DNA from: a virus
Length of the DNA stretch: 64,000 nt
Reading direction: 5' to 3' (one strand)
Virus record (IMG/VR): IMGVR_UViG_3300050821_005389
Coordinates: 1-64,000 of that record
Shown here: positions 9,260-18,462 of the stretch, piece by piece
Layout of the letters: each line of letters opens with the position of its first letter
Position numbering within the stretch: the stretch's first letter is position 1
The notes under the pieces: model-generated
Database searches by the model: none
Seen by the model: the letters and a program-made list of their open reading frames with translations, nothing else
What the model was told of the DNA's origin: nothing
Made by a program: the position numbers and the translations under genes

Positions 9260-9292
9260 TCGCAGTAACAATAAACTAATAGGACGAAAACA

Positions 9293-9742
9293 ATGAAAGT
9301 ACCCGAATTGGTAAACGTAGGTCAAGCTCTGTGGAAAAAAGAATTAGAACTCGTACAAAAGAAGCACGGAAGAAAATTTAAGCAACAGGAAACATTCGAG
9401 CAAGCTAAAATAAGGCATCAGAGAGATTGTTCTCATTTAAAAGGCGGACCGAATCGTAACCGTCTTTCTCGAAAAGATTATAATGTATCCAAACATACTT
9501 TTATTGATTGTACCGTTAGAATTCGTTGCCTGACATGCGGGATGAAGTGGTTTAAAGACGACACTCGATCAATATTAATCAGAAACGGTAAAGAGCATAT
9601 AAATCACACGGGGTTGGGATGGACCGACGCGTTAAAGATGGTAGAAGATTCCACCAATACACCATCCGCTTCTGAACACTTTCCGCAATTTAAAAAAGAA
9701 GACGCGCATAAAAAAGGTCCAACGGAGTATTACACGGACTAG
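9293..9742 (+). CDS. Zinc-binding hypothetical protein, paralog of 26046..26645
   Basis: Shared CxHLKGG...C..C.MKW...NHTG.GW...STNTPS.SE. Confidence 0.75.
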   Translation: MKVPELVNVGQALWKKELELVQKKHGRKFKQQETFEQAKIRHQRDCSHLKGGPNRNRLSRKDYNVSKHTFIDCTVRIRCLTCGMKWFKDDTRSILIRNGKEHINHTGLGWTDALKMVEDSTNTPSASEHFPQFKKEDAHKKGPTEYYTD

Positions 9743-9748
9743 GAGTTT

Positions 9749-10129
9749 ATGAATCCTCAACTTTTAAATTTTATCAGCCAGCACTGGTTCGGCGTTCTGT
9801 CAGTCGTTGGCTACATCAGCTTGACCGGTATTAACCAAATGGCGCCGCCGGGAGTCAAGGGCGGAGGAGCATACGGTTGGTTTTACAGAACGACTCAATC
9901 ATTGGCAGGTAGTGCTGTTATAAAGAATTGGGAAATGAAATTTGGACTTCAACCGGTGCCCAATCCCCCGCCCAGTAATGTTTCGACGACACAGCATGGT
10001 TTAGTCCCGCCCGTTTTTACGGTGTCAACACCGAATGCTATATCAACGAATGTCGGTCCAGTGGGCGAAACGTTTACAGTGTCAACGAATACAGGCACAC
10101 CTTTAGTTCTTCGCGCAGAGTCAAAGTAG
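9749..10129 (+). CDS. Membrane protein (holin-like candidate)
   Basis: AGGAG RBS; N-terminal TM segment; function inferred only. Confidence 0.5.
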   Translation: MNPQLLNFISQHWFGVLSVVGYISLTGINQMAPPGVKGGGAYGWFYRTTQSLAGSAVIKNWEMKFGLQPVPNPPPSNVSTTQHGLVPPVFTVSTPNAISTNVGPVGETFTVSTNTGTPLVLRAESK

Positions 10130-10135
10130 GAGATT

Positions 10136-10501
10136 ATGTCAACAAACGGAACAATTTTAGGCACGTATTTATCCGTTGGTTCGGGTAGTGCGGCCAATAT
10201 TCTTTTAAACGCTTTTAGTAACCCGAGATCATTGGACATCGTTCAAGTTGTAAACGAGGGTGGTAACTGTGTCTGGAATTTAAATAACGTCGGATTGACT
10301 GCGACTAATCCAACCGGTTATACACAAGGTCCGGGTGGAAAGCCCCAGGCGCTGATGACATTGTTCGGAAATACTTTTGCACAAGCAATTGCCAGTGCAT
10401 CGAACTCAAGTAACCCTCTAGATCTTCTTCAGGTACTGGATAACAACGGCGGTGCAGTTTTATTCCATGTCAACAACAGCGGTTTAGCGAGTACACCTTA
10501 A
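10136..10501 (+). CDS. Putative virion protein with internal D(I/L)(V/L)QV repeat
   Basis: Paralog of next gene. Confidence 0.65.
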   Translation: MSTNGTILGTYLSVGSGSAANILLNAFSNPRSLDIVQVVNEGGNCVWNLNNVGLTATNPTGYTQGPGGKPQALMTLFGNTFAQAIASASNSSNPLDLLQVLDNNGGAVLFHVNNSGLASTP

Positions 10502-10854
10502 TGGCGACTATCGGAACAGTTTGTGGAGTCTTTGAATCTAACGGTGCAGGCTCACCCGCCAGTATAGTTGCGGGTGCGTTCGTAAATCCGTCGAAATCGG
10601 ATATCCTTCAAATCCGTAATGAAGGTGGTTTCTGTATTTGGAGTTTAAACTGGAACGGCGTTGCCGCGAATAACCCGACCACGCCTACCGCAACCGCTTT
10701 GATTCAAACTTTATTTGGTTCGACTATTGCGGCCGCGGTAACTAACAATTCTTCGAACGCGCAGAATCCGCTGGACATTCTTCAGATTTATGCAACAAAC
10801 GGTCAACATCTTTTACTTCGCGTGACAAACGCGGGTACAGTTTCGCAGTCTTAA
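10501..10854 (+). CDS. Putative virion protein, paralog of previous gene
   Basis: AF.NP...DI.Q..NEGG.C.W.LN..G...NPLD.LQ. Confidence 0.65.
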   Translation: MATIGTVCGVFESNGAGSPASIVAGAFVNPSKSDILQIRNEGGFCIWSLNWNGVAANNPTTPTATALIQTLFGSTIAAAVTNNSSNAQNPLDILQIYATNGQHLLLRVTNAGTVSQS

Positions 10855-10863
10855 AGGAGCTTT

Positions 10864-11085
10864 ATGATGAGTTCAGATCCAGCAATGGGCACGATGCCGT
10901 GGCCCGCTGCCAAGCAGCATCCGCATAATCAGGATGAACAGATGGCGATGCCGGCGCATGGTGTAAAAGTGCGTAGAGCGGCTCGCCAGTTTCCTAATCA
11001 TCAGGATGAAACACCAGCAAGGCCTAGTCACGGTGTGATGCCGAAAAAGAAAAGAGATCCCGAAGACTTCCACGGCGGGATGTAA
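10864..11085 (+). CDS. Small hypothetical protein with duplicated PxHNQDE/PNHQDE..HGV motif
   Basis: AAGGAG RBS; internal repeat. Confidence 0.6.
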   Translation: MMSSDPAMGTMPWPAAKQHPHNQDEQMAMPAHGVKVRRAARQFPNHQDETPARPSHGVMPKKKRDPEDFHGGM

Positions 11086-11140
11086 TTTTAAACGAAATTT
11101 GTTATAATGTAAATACCCTTTGATTAATTACCAAAGGTTA

Positions 11141-11187
11141 GATAGGGATATGCCTTAGACATATCCCTGTCGCATCTTCTAAGGAGA
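11141..11187 (+). promoter_or_regulatory. Kissing-loop leader, copy 2
   Basis: GATAGGGATATG-[CCTTAGA]-CATATCCCTGTC ... TCT-[TCTAAGG]-AGA; TGTTATAAT extended -10 at ~11100. Confidence 0.85.
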
Positions 11188-11190
11188 AAT

Positions 11191-11826
11191 ATGAAAGAAG
11201 TCTTATGTCACGAATGTAAGTGTGTTTTAACGGATGAGAATTGCGGTTCTAGTAGATTTAAGGAAAAAGGTTTAGCAGCTTATTGTCGTGTCTGTGATAA
11301 GAAGCGCTTAAAGAAATATAACGAAGAGAATAAAGAAAGGTTGCGTGAGTATAAAAGAGAAGCCTCGCTGGATTGGTATTATAAATTAAAGAATGATCCC
11401 GAGAGATGGGCTGCTCATGTTACTAAACAAAGGCAATTGTATAGAAAACTCTCACCGGAACAGAGGTCTGAATTATATCAAAAGAAAAAAGAATATCTTC
11501 GTAAAGATCACTGGAGTCGAAATAGGAAACACCACTACGGAATAACCGGCAAACAATTTCTTGAAAATTTAGCATCTCAAGATAACAAATGTGAGATTTG
11601 TCAAACAGAAATATCTTTTGAAGCCCCATCCAGAAAGTTTAGGCCACATCAAGATCACTGTCATTCGACAGGAGAGAATCGTGGGATTTTGTGTAACCTT
11701 TGTAATGTTTTGTTGGGCAACGCTCACGATAGTATAGAAATTCTTCTAAGCGCCGTTCGGTACTTAGAGAAGTACGCCGTAAGTAGTTCGATCCAAACTG
11801 AAAGCGTAATTAATAGCGGTGCTTAA
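11191..11826 (+). CDS. Endonuclease VII-like (His-Me) free-standing homing endonuclease
   Basis: YGIT...Q.NKCEIC...HQDHCHSTGENRGILCNLCN.LLG.A.D....L..A..YL. Confidence 0.85.
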   Translation: MKEVLCHECKCVLTDENCGSSRFKEKGLAAYCRVCDKKRLKKYNEENKERLREYKREASLDWYYKLKNDPERWAAHVTKQRQLYRKLSPEQRSELYQKKKEYLRKDHWSRNRKHHYGITGKQFLENLASQDNKCEICQTEISFEAPSRKFRPHQDHCHSTGENRGILCNLCNVLLGNAHDSIEILLSAVRYLEKYAVSSSIQTESVINSGA

Positions 11827-11915
11827 ATAAATTTTGAGTGCTCTATTAAAGCAGCAGTCCGGGGGAAATCAGCAGACCCTCTCGGCTGTTTGTATATAAG
11901 GGAGTAATTGTTTTT

Positions 11916-12515
11916 ATGGCTATGGTGCAAACGAATCTTCTCGTGAACGGAATTAGTCCTGTCACTGTAGGCGGTACAGGGACCGCCATAAAATATTTCC
12001 CGATCGCCCCAGGCGCATCGATCGGCGTATCTTCGACGAAAAGTGGCTATCTCTATATACCAGGAAATGCCTCAGCAAATGGCCAGCGTATGTCCATTCG
12101 CGGCTCGGGTAGCTTCACAATCGGAACACCCGGCGCGGGTGTAGCGTCTCCTGCTGTAACTGTCGGTTTGTATTCCGCAACATTTCTAAACGGAAATCCC
12201 GGCAGCACAGCCACAGTTAACGCAACAGCAGTTTTATCGCAGCAATTCGCAGCGGCGTCAGATGTCCTGCCGCCGTACGGGTTCTCTTTCTTGTGCGATA
12301 TTGTTTGTGAATCCGGTTCTGGTTTGGCTCGGATAGTTTCTGGTTCAAATGAAATTGACGGTACGGCTGGTACAGTCACCGTTGGTTTGATTTCCGGGTT
12401 AACGTCTATTAACATGAGTTCGCCGGTACCGTTTGCGTTGCTTTGTGGCGTTACGTTCTCCGTTTCTGACGCGCAGGCATCTGCTTCGCTCTTCCAATTC
12501 GATTTGAGTTTGTAG
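11916..12515 (+). CDS. Putative structural protein (Gly/Ser/Thr-rich, beta-type)
   Basis: GGGAG RBS; composition. Confidence 0.65.
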   Translation: MAMVQTNLLVNGISPVTVGGTGTAIKYFPIAPGASIGVSSTKSGYLYIPGNASANGQRMSIRGSGSFTIGTPGAGVASPAVTVGLYSATFLNGNPGSTATVNATAVLSQQFAAASDVLPPYGFSFLCDIVCESGSGLARIVSGSNEIDGTAGTVTVGLISGLTSINMSSPVPFALLCGVTFSVSDAQASASLFQFDLSL

Positions 12516-12547
12516 TTCTCCGCAGTCCTTCCCCACGTTTAAAAAGT

Positions 12548-12580
12548 CGACCCGCCTTTAAAAAGCGGGTCGCAAATTTT
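12548..12580 (+). terminator. Probable intrinsic terminator
   Basis: CGACCCGC/GCGGGTCG stem followed by an A/T-rich tail. Confidence 0.5.
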
Positions 12581-12694
12581 AATTAGTCTCGTCGCACGAA
12601 TCTTGGCAGTACGCACTAAGCGACTCCAGTTCGGCACGTCGGTGTAATCCCGAGCACGTTCAGTAACAGCCTGGACAAATTTTCAGGAACCTAA

Positions 12695-13156
12695 ATGATT
12701 CCTCTTCCGACTCCTCAGCAATGGCAGGAGTTTATATTAATCTCCAAGGTCATCGGCGGCATAGTAGTCATCGTCGGTGCGCTTTACGGCGCAGGTAAGT
12801 TCTTGTACTCGATGATCGATAACGCCCGGAATATAAACAAGAACGTAAATCTTCTTTTAATAAATCATTTTCCCCATTTACAAACTGCTATCGACGAAGG
12901 TAAGCAACAGATCACCGAATTGGCCGGCGATGTAAAGAATTTAGATACCAAGATGGAAGGTATGAGTTGTCGTCTCGAGGATACTAAGAAAGGCGTTCAC
13001 ACTTTAGGTGAAAGCTTCCTTCGTCACCTCGAAGCAACTAGCAGCCACGCGCATTACGAAAGAACTCAAATATTGGAAGCAGTCGAAGATATAACGCCAG
13101 CTAACGTCGTAGTAAATGTAGCAGCACCTACCGAAGAGAATCAAAGGGAAGTTTAA
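12695..13156 (+). CDS. Membrane-anchored coiled-coil protein
   Basis: Single N-terminal TM segment followed by heptad-like region. Confidence 0.65.
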   Translation: MIPLPTPQQWQEFILISKVIGGIVVIVGALYGAGKFLYSMIDNARNINKNVNLLLINHFPHLQTAIDEGKQQITELAGDVKNLDTKMEGMSCRLEDTKKGVHTLGESFLRHLEATSSHAHYERTQILEAVEDITPANVVVNVAAPTEENQREV

Positions 13157-13326
13157 TGCCTTTCAAGTCTGTGGCGCAACAGCATTACATGTTTGCTCAT
13201 CCCGATGTTCTTGGTAAAAGTGCGCTGAAAGAATGGAGTAACGCAACGGACTATAAAGATCTGCCGGCGCATACACATAAGCAGACGCCGTACAAACTCG
13301 CGCACATGGCCCGACATGGCTCTTGA
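13156..13326 (+). CDS. Small phage protein MPFKSVAQQHYMFAHP... (56 aa; not in ORF track)
   Basis: TAATG coupling; MPFKS.AQ..M...HP...W...T....LP pattern common in phage late regions. Confidence 0.75.
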   Translation: MPFKSVAQQHYMFAHPDVLGKSALKEWSNATDYKDLPAHTHKQTPYKLAHMARHGS

Positions 13327-13510
13327 CTTCTCCGGTTTGATGGGCGAACTACCCACACCGCCTTCGGGTGTCGCAACCGATCTTGCCAAGACAATGAGTC
13401 CGCACGAACCAGAAGCACCGTTGGCACCACGTATACCTAATGAGTTTGGAAACGCGCCGTACAAAATGGCACATCAGAAAAGAATGACAATGAAGAACAC
13501 AATACAATAA
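13316..13510 (+). CDS. Small hypothetical protein
   Basis: ORF track; shares PYK(L/M)AH motif with the previous gene. Confidence 0.6.
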   Translation: MALDFSGLMGELPTPPSGVATDLAKTMSPHEPEAPLAPRIPNEFGNAPYKMAHQKRMTMKNTIQ

Positions 13511-13523
13511 AAGGAAAAACAAT

Positions 13524-13853
13524 ATGAATTGCCAAGATGTAGCAGTAAAGCAGGAAAAGAAACTAAAGTTTAGACCAATCGGAGATAGGATTTTAGTTCG
13601 GGTCAGGCAGGAAGCCGAAACAGTAGTTAACGGAATTTTGATACCAGATAATGCGGTTGAGAGGCCCCTTCTTGGAGAAGTGGTTGCCGTTGGTAATGGT
13701 ATTGTGAAAGATGGTGAAAGAATTCCTTTAGATATAAAAGTTGGCGATGTGATCGCCTTCGGGAAATATTGCGGAAACGAGGTTAAGGTTTCCGGTGAAG
13801 CTCTCTTATTGTTGATTGAGAGCGAAGTACAGGGTTGCTACTATCAAGATTGA
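13524..13853 (+). CDS. groES: Co-chaperonin GroES (Cpn10)
   Basis: FRPIGDRILV...GILIPD.A.E.P..GEVVAVG.G...IKVGD.I.F.KY.G.EVK. Confidence 0.95.
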   Translation: MNCQDVAVKQEKKLKFRPIGDRILVRVRQEAETVVNGILIPDNAVERPLLGEVVAVGNGIVKDGERIPLDIKVGDVIAFGKYCGNEVKVSGEALLLLIESEVQGCYYQD

Positions 13854-13874
13854 TATTGTGCTATAATTTAAGTT

Positions 13875-13922
13875 GGTTGGGTGTGCCTGATACACACCCG
13901 ACCTTATCCTTATCAGGAGGAT
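13875..13922 (+). promoter_or_regulatory. Kissing-loop leader, copy 3
   Basis: GGTTGGGTGTG-[CCTGATA]-CACACCCGACC ... ATCCT-[TATCAGG]-AGGAT; TGCTATAAT extended -10 at ~13859. Confidence 0.85.
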
Positions 13923-13927
13923 TAATA

Positions 13928-14737
13928 TTGAGAAATTTAAGAGATATTAGAAAACGTTCGCGTTACATTCGAGTACATACCCCGAATATATTACCGGAGT
14001 GTTTTGAACTTCAAAATCATATTTGTGACTTATGCGGTCAAGAAATTCAGTGTCTTGAAGTTGCTGAATTAGATCATTCTGTTTCTGTATATTATTTCGC
14101 ATCTAGCTCCTTGGATATTTTAGAAGCCGCGAAGCAATGTAATGGTCTAAATAATTTAAGGGCGGCTCACGCTCGTTGTAATTCTAAGAAAAGAATTCTT
14201 TGTCGCGACGAGTGGTTTGCGAAAGGAATGGATATTTTAGTGGGCTCGGCTCCTGTTTTAACTGAAGACGAAATTAAAACTTTGAAAGATCGTTCTATTG
14301 AGATAGGCCGCATAGGTGGCACAGCCGCGAATAAAAACCCTAGGAATCGAAATAGATTAAAGAGATATAGAACATTTGAAAGTTGTTCGGCGGGCGGGAA
14401 GGTTGGCGGAGCTAAAAACGTAGAAACAGGTCAAATTCTTAAATTGGGTGAGATACAGGGCGAACGAAATAAAAAGAGTGGCCACTGGGATAAAGTTAGA
14501 CTTTTGGGATCGCCTATTACTTCTGACAAAGCTAGAGAACAAGGTTTAAAAAATGTAGAGAGTGGTCATTTAGCAAGTCTTGATCAAGGGCATAAAAACG
14601 CAGCGAAGCCAGGCTATATGTCTAAAATAGGAAAAATTGGCGGGAAGAAAAGCGGCCCTATTGTTAGTCATGTGCGCTGGCATGTAAAACGAAATATTAT
14701 AAACCCAAATTGTTCTTTGTGTACTACTAGTTCTTAG
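13928..14737 (+). CDS. HNH endonuclease with C-terminal G(K/R)xGG repeats (true start probably TTG 13928)
   Basis: CDLCG...ELDH...NNLRAAHARCNSKK; AGGAGG RBS before the in-frame TTG. Confidence 0.8.
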   Translation: MRNLRDIRKRSRYIRVHTPNILPECFELQNHICDLCGQEIQCLEVAELDHSVSVYYFASSSLDILEAAKQCNGLNNLRAAHARCNSKKRILCRDEWFAKGMDILVGSAPVLTEDEIKTLKDRSIEIGRIGGTAANKNPRNRNRLKRYRTFESCSAGGKVGGAKNVETGQILKLGEIQGERNKKSGHWDKVRLLGSPITSDKAREQGLKNVESGHLASLDQGHKNAAKPGYMSKIGKIGGKKSGPIVSHVRWHVKRNIINPNCSLCTTSS

Positions 14738-14748
14738 GAGATATTTTT

Positions 14749-15000
14749 ATGCACCATAGGCATCATGGTTTTAAAGAATCGCGTTTGACGCATCATACTG
14801 ACGGTTCTGTTACTATTCATCACATGCATCACGAAGGTCCAGAAAAAGATATTCATCACGCTGTAGCAAATCTTGACGGCGTTCACGACTCGATGGAAGA
14901 TCATCTCGGTCAACCAAACCCCGGCGAAGCTGAAGCTAATGCTGGTCAGTCTGGTGTTCCTGGAATGCCTTCGGCGCCTGCTCCCGCAATGGGGGCGTGA
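14749..15000 (+). CDS. His-rich small protein
   Basis: AGGAG RBS; many His residues. Confidence 0.7.
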   Translation: MHHRHHGFKESRLTHHTDGSVTIHHMHHEGPEKDIHHAVANLDGVHDSMEDHLGQPNPGEAEANAGQSGVPGMPSAPAPAMGA

Positions 15001-15191
15001 TGGCAAAGCATAACGTAAGTCTTTACAGAGCGCTCCATCATTTGCGTAAAGGTGGGCTTCACCGAGCATTGGGCGTTCCGGAAGATAAACCGATCCCCGC
15101 AGAAAAGTTGTCCGCCGCAAAGCATTCAGAAAATTCGCACGTAAAACACATGGCGAACTTCGCAGCTACGATGTCTCACTTCCACCACTAG
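14997..15191 (+). CDS. Small basic phage protein (GGLHRALGVP..KPIPA.KL)
   Basis: Motif typical of small phage late-region proteins. Confidence 0.7.
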   Translation: MMAKHNVSLYRALHHLRKGGLHRALGVPEDKPIPAEKLSAAKHSENSHVKHMANFAATMSHFHH

Positions 15192-15199
15192 AAGGTTCT

Positions 15200-16072
15200 A
15201 TGAAAAAAGTATTGGCAGGACTGTTTCTTATGTTAGTACTTAGTCTGCCAACTTTTTCAGCGACACCGGACGAAGAGTTCAAACAAAACCTGGGTCGGGC
15301 TACTCTGGCTCTTTACCACGCCGAACAAAAGTGCGCCTGGGTTAAGAAACAAATTTTCATTTTTGATTTCAACATGTGGGAATGTAAGTTTGAAGAACAC
15401 TTTGTTTGCACTGCGACCGTAATCGCTGGTGACGGTGCTGGTACTTACCTAGCCGTTACCGCCGGACATTGTTTCGATTGGAAAGAAATAGATAAATACC
15501 ACCTAGCTGAAAACACTTTCGGCAAGCCCGTGATGCATAAGGTAAACGTTCTTAAGTTCGAGAACGACGAACGATATGATTACGGACTGGTCACATTCAA
15601 AAGCCTTCGCGGACTGCCGATAATACAAGTATCAGGAATGGAATCGGATCCTCCGGCGTTGGGCACAAGCGTTCTTAACGTAAACATCTCTTACGGCATC
15701 ATTAAAGAATTCGCGGAAGGTAGAGTCGTTAGCAACGTTATTGAAGGTGACGTAGACGGTCGCTGTTCAAGTTGCAATGGTCGTTATTTGGTTAACATAG
15801 GTCTCGGTCCCGGTGCGAGTGGTTCGGCCATAGTTAATATGCAGACGCACGAGATCGTCGGACTGGCCGAAGCGATCTTTCCTGAAACCACAATGCCTAC
15901 CTTGGTTATTCCAATGGGCAAACGATTCGCCGATTTTTATGATGACGATTCCGCTGGTCTCAAACCGCTACCTGAAGGCCCCTTGCCGAAAGACGCCGGT
16001 CCAGAGCAGATAAAACACGGAGTTTTCTTTCGAATCATCCAAGCAATCATAAAGTTTTTTACCGGAGTATAA
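15200..16072 (+). CDS. Secreted trypsin-like serine protease
   Basis: Signal peptide; TAGHC, D(YG) and GASGS catalytic motifs. Confidence 0.8.
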   Translation: MKKVLAGLFLMLVLSLPTFSATPDEEFKQNLGRATLALYHAEQKCAWVKKQIFIFDFNMWECKFEEHFVCTATVIAGDGAGTYLAVTAGHCFDWKEIDKYHLAENTFGKPVMHKVNVLKFENDERYDYGLVTFKSLRGLPIIQVSGMESDPPALGTSVLNVNISYGIIKEFAEGRVVSNVIEGDVDGRCSSCNGRYLVNIGLGPGASGSAIVNMQTHEIVGLAEAIFPETTMPTLVIPMGKRFADFYDDDSAGLKPLPEGPLPKDAGPEQIKHGVFFRIIQAIIKFFTGV

Positions 16073-16318
16073 ATGTCTTCTAGCAACCCTTTAGCCGCCG
16101 CTAAGTCCGCCGCCGAGTCAGCCAACAAATTTACGCAATCGGTCGACAAACAAGCTGGCCACCCGTACGCGTCCGCGCCTTATAGCATGGCACACGAGAA
16201 GCGCGTCAAGTCAGGCGCCGCTCCCGCACAGGTAGCCGCCGGTCTCGGTAAAGAAGTTTCAGATATCGCAGGCGGAATTAAATATCGAGCGGAACAAGCT
16301 AAAGCACTAGATCAATAG
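16073..16318 (+). CDS. Small Ala-rich protein
   Basis: GGAG RBS; APYSMAHEKR motif. Confidence 0.65.
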   Translation: MSSSNPLAAAKSAAESANKFTQSVDKQAGHPYASAPYSMAHEKRVKSGAAPAQVAAGLGKEVSDIAGGIKYRAEQAKALDQ

Positions 16319-16326
16319 GAGTACCA

Positions 16327-18462
16327 ATGCCATTAACTGGCGAAGCAAAGCGAGCGTATAACCAACAATATCAACAGAAGAAACAACTCGAGAAAAAGAC
16401 GTTCGGTGTAGGTGGCGAACAGACATTACAAGATTTTGAAAAATGTCGAGTACTAGATGAAGAAGGCGATAAGATCCCCGGTGAGTTCCACACATGGGTT
16501 GATCTTTGTAAAGTGTTTTACGGCGTTCCCAAGGAATTGGAAGACGAAGATTTAACGCCCAAGAAGAAAAAAGAAGCCGAGAAAGTTATTAATCCTTCAA
16601 CGCATTTGTTTAAGGGCAAGCGATTGTCTTTCGATGAATGGCAAGAAGGCCGCAAGATGCACCGTGGCGATATGTGGACGATGATGCAGCAGCGCGGAGA
16701 ATGGAATGAACAAGCGCATCGGCCATTGGCCGATTTCTTCGTTAAGAAAGATAACTCGAACCTTCATGTAGGATACACGCAAGATCAAATGAATCGTTGT
16801 CTGTTGAAACAAAACCTTCAACATAACCTTCTCTTGCTGTTTCCTAGAGCGTTTAGAAAGAGCACCGGCGCAATTTTGGACCTTGTGCAATGGATTCTAA
16901 ATTTCCCCGATATTATTTTGCTCATTTGTACTTCGACGAAGAGTTTAGGCAAGAAGCGCGTCAAGGAACTACGCGAATATTTCACGATCAAAGATTACAG
17001 GAACCCGACCGATTTTCAAGCCTATTTTCCTGATTATTGCATTCCTCCAGATAAAGGCAAAAAGTCTGGTGACGTGAGAGAGTTTTTGTGCCCGATGGCA
17101 CATTTAGGTCTTCCTAACCCAACCGCGTCCTTTACCAGTATGGAGTCGGGTACCGCTGGTGTGAGAGCCGATGTAATTTTATTCGATGATGCTGTAGATG
17201 AGTTGAATTATAAGAAATGGGAGATGCGGCAAGCAGTTCGCGAGAAGTTTGATGCTACTTGTGAACTTTTGGTTCGCCCTTTCGGTTTTTGTATTGTCAT
17301 AGGCACACGTTATACGGACGGTTCAAAAGGCGATACCCCCGATGGTCCGGAACCCGATCTGTACGGAACTATTTTCAAGCGTCAAGAGCGTTCCGATAAA
17401 GACGATTGGCGCATTCTTTGTAAAGCAGCCTGGACGCGTCTTGAACACGCTATAGATAAACCAATTCAGGAACTGGAAGAAGCGGATGTTTCTCTCCTTT
17501 GGCCAGATCCTCTTAGTCCCGGTTCGTTCGCTGTTTTAAAACAGAAGTGTTCTGATAACGAGATGTGGTTCCGGTGTCAGCAGTTAAATGAGCCGGTGGC
17601 GGAAACGGATGATGAAGTTCCGTATATTAATACTTTCACTATTGATAATATTCGAAAGGTTTTATTGCCGCCTTCTTGGATTTCTGAAGTCATCGGGCCT
17701 ACTTATCTTTTAGGTGATTTAGCTAAAACAGCCAGAGAGACTTCAGATTATTCAGCCCTAGTAACTGTCAGAATCGAAGCGAGAGGCGAGATAGAAGAAC
17801 CTCTTATTTGGTTCATTGATATGCAAGCAGGCCATTGGACTGAGAAAGAAAAAGCACTTCGAATCGCCCAAACGATGGCGAAATGGCAACCGGAAAAAAC
17901 TCTCGTAGAAAGACTGGTTGATGATAGTAATCTTTTCCGAGATGAAATTCGTCGCCAAATCGTTATTCATAATTGCGAGTATTTGAACTTTAGTTGGTTT
18001 GATACAGATAATACACCCGGTGCAAAAGAAACGCGCATTCGCGGTCTTCAGTTGCTTCATGAGCGCCGTTTGCTTAGATTTATTTCCGGCCCGTGTACGG
18101 ACCTTATGATTAAACAATTGACTGAGTACATGGGTGATAAAAAGAAACACGTAAAAAGTCCGGGTGGCAGAAAGGACGATCTACCTGATGCCATGTCGTT
18201 CATCCGTCTCCTTCCTTTGCCTTTCATTACCGGTTTCCAGAAAGACGAAGAGAAAGAGCAACTGGAACGTCAAGCTACTCGCAATCGGTTACTGGCTCAA
18301 TACGAATTCATCTACGGTCGTAACGGTGGCCAACCTTTAAGTATGTTACTGAATCCGCCGGAAGATAAAGTACACGATCCTATCCACGACGCACTGGCGC
18401 CGTTAAATTATCGTTCCGGGCCTACTGTCGGTTTCGCAAGAAAATCACCTGATGGCAGATAA
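16327..18462 (+). CDS. terL: Terminase large subunit
   Basis: LLLFPRAFRKST (Walker A-like), GVRADVILFDD (Walker B), IVIGTRY, and nuclease-domain DLA...SDYSA and KDDLPDA. Confidence 0.9.
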   Translation: MPLTGEAKRAYNQQYQQKKQLEKKTFGVGGEQTLQDFEKCRVLDEEGDKIPGEFHTWVDLCKVFYGVPKELEDEDLTPKKKKEAEKVINPSTHLFKGKRLSFDEWQEGRKMHRGDMWTMMQQRGEWNEQAHRPLADFFVKKDNSNLHVGYTQDQMNRCLLKQNLQHNLLLLFPRAFRKSTGAILDLVQWILNFPDIILLICTSTKSLGKKRVKELREYFTIKDYRNPTDFQAYFPDYCIPPDKGKKSGDVREFLCPMAHLGLPNPTASFTSMESGTAGVRADVILFDDAVDELNYKKWEMRQAVREKFDATCELLVRPFGFCIVIGTRYTDGSKGDTPDGPEPDLYGTIFKRQERSDKDDWRILCKAAWTRLEHAIDKPIQELEEADVSLLWPDPLSPGSFAVLKQKCSDNEMWFRCQQLNEPVAETDDEVPYINTFTIDNIRKVLLPPSWISEVIGPTYLLGDLAKTARETSDYSALVTVRIEARGEIEEPLIWFIDMQAGHWTEKEKALRIAQTMAKWQPEKTLVERLVDDSNLFRDEIRRQIVIHNCEYLNFSWFDTDNTPGAKETRIRGLQLLHERRLLRFISGPCTDLMIKQLTEYMGDKKKHVKSPGGRKDDLPDAMSFIRLLPLPFITGFQKDEEKEQLERQATRNRLLAQYEFIYGRNGGQPLSMLLNPPEDKVHDPIHDALAPLNYRSGPTVGFARKSPDGR

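Noticed and set aside
13835-13927. N-terminal extension of the HNH ORF
   Set aside because: It overlaps groES, the promoter and the kissing-loop leader; AGGAGG points to TTG 13928.
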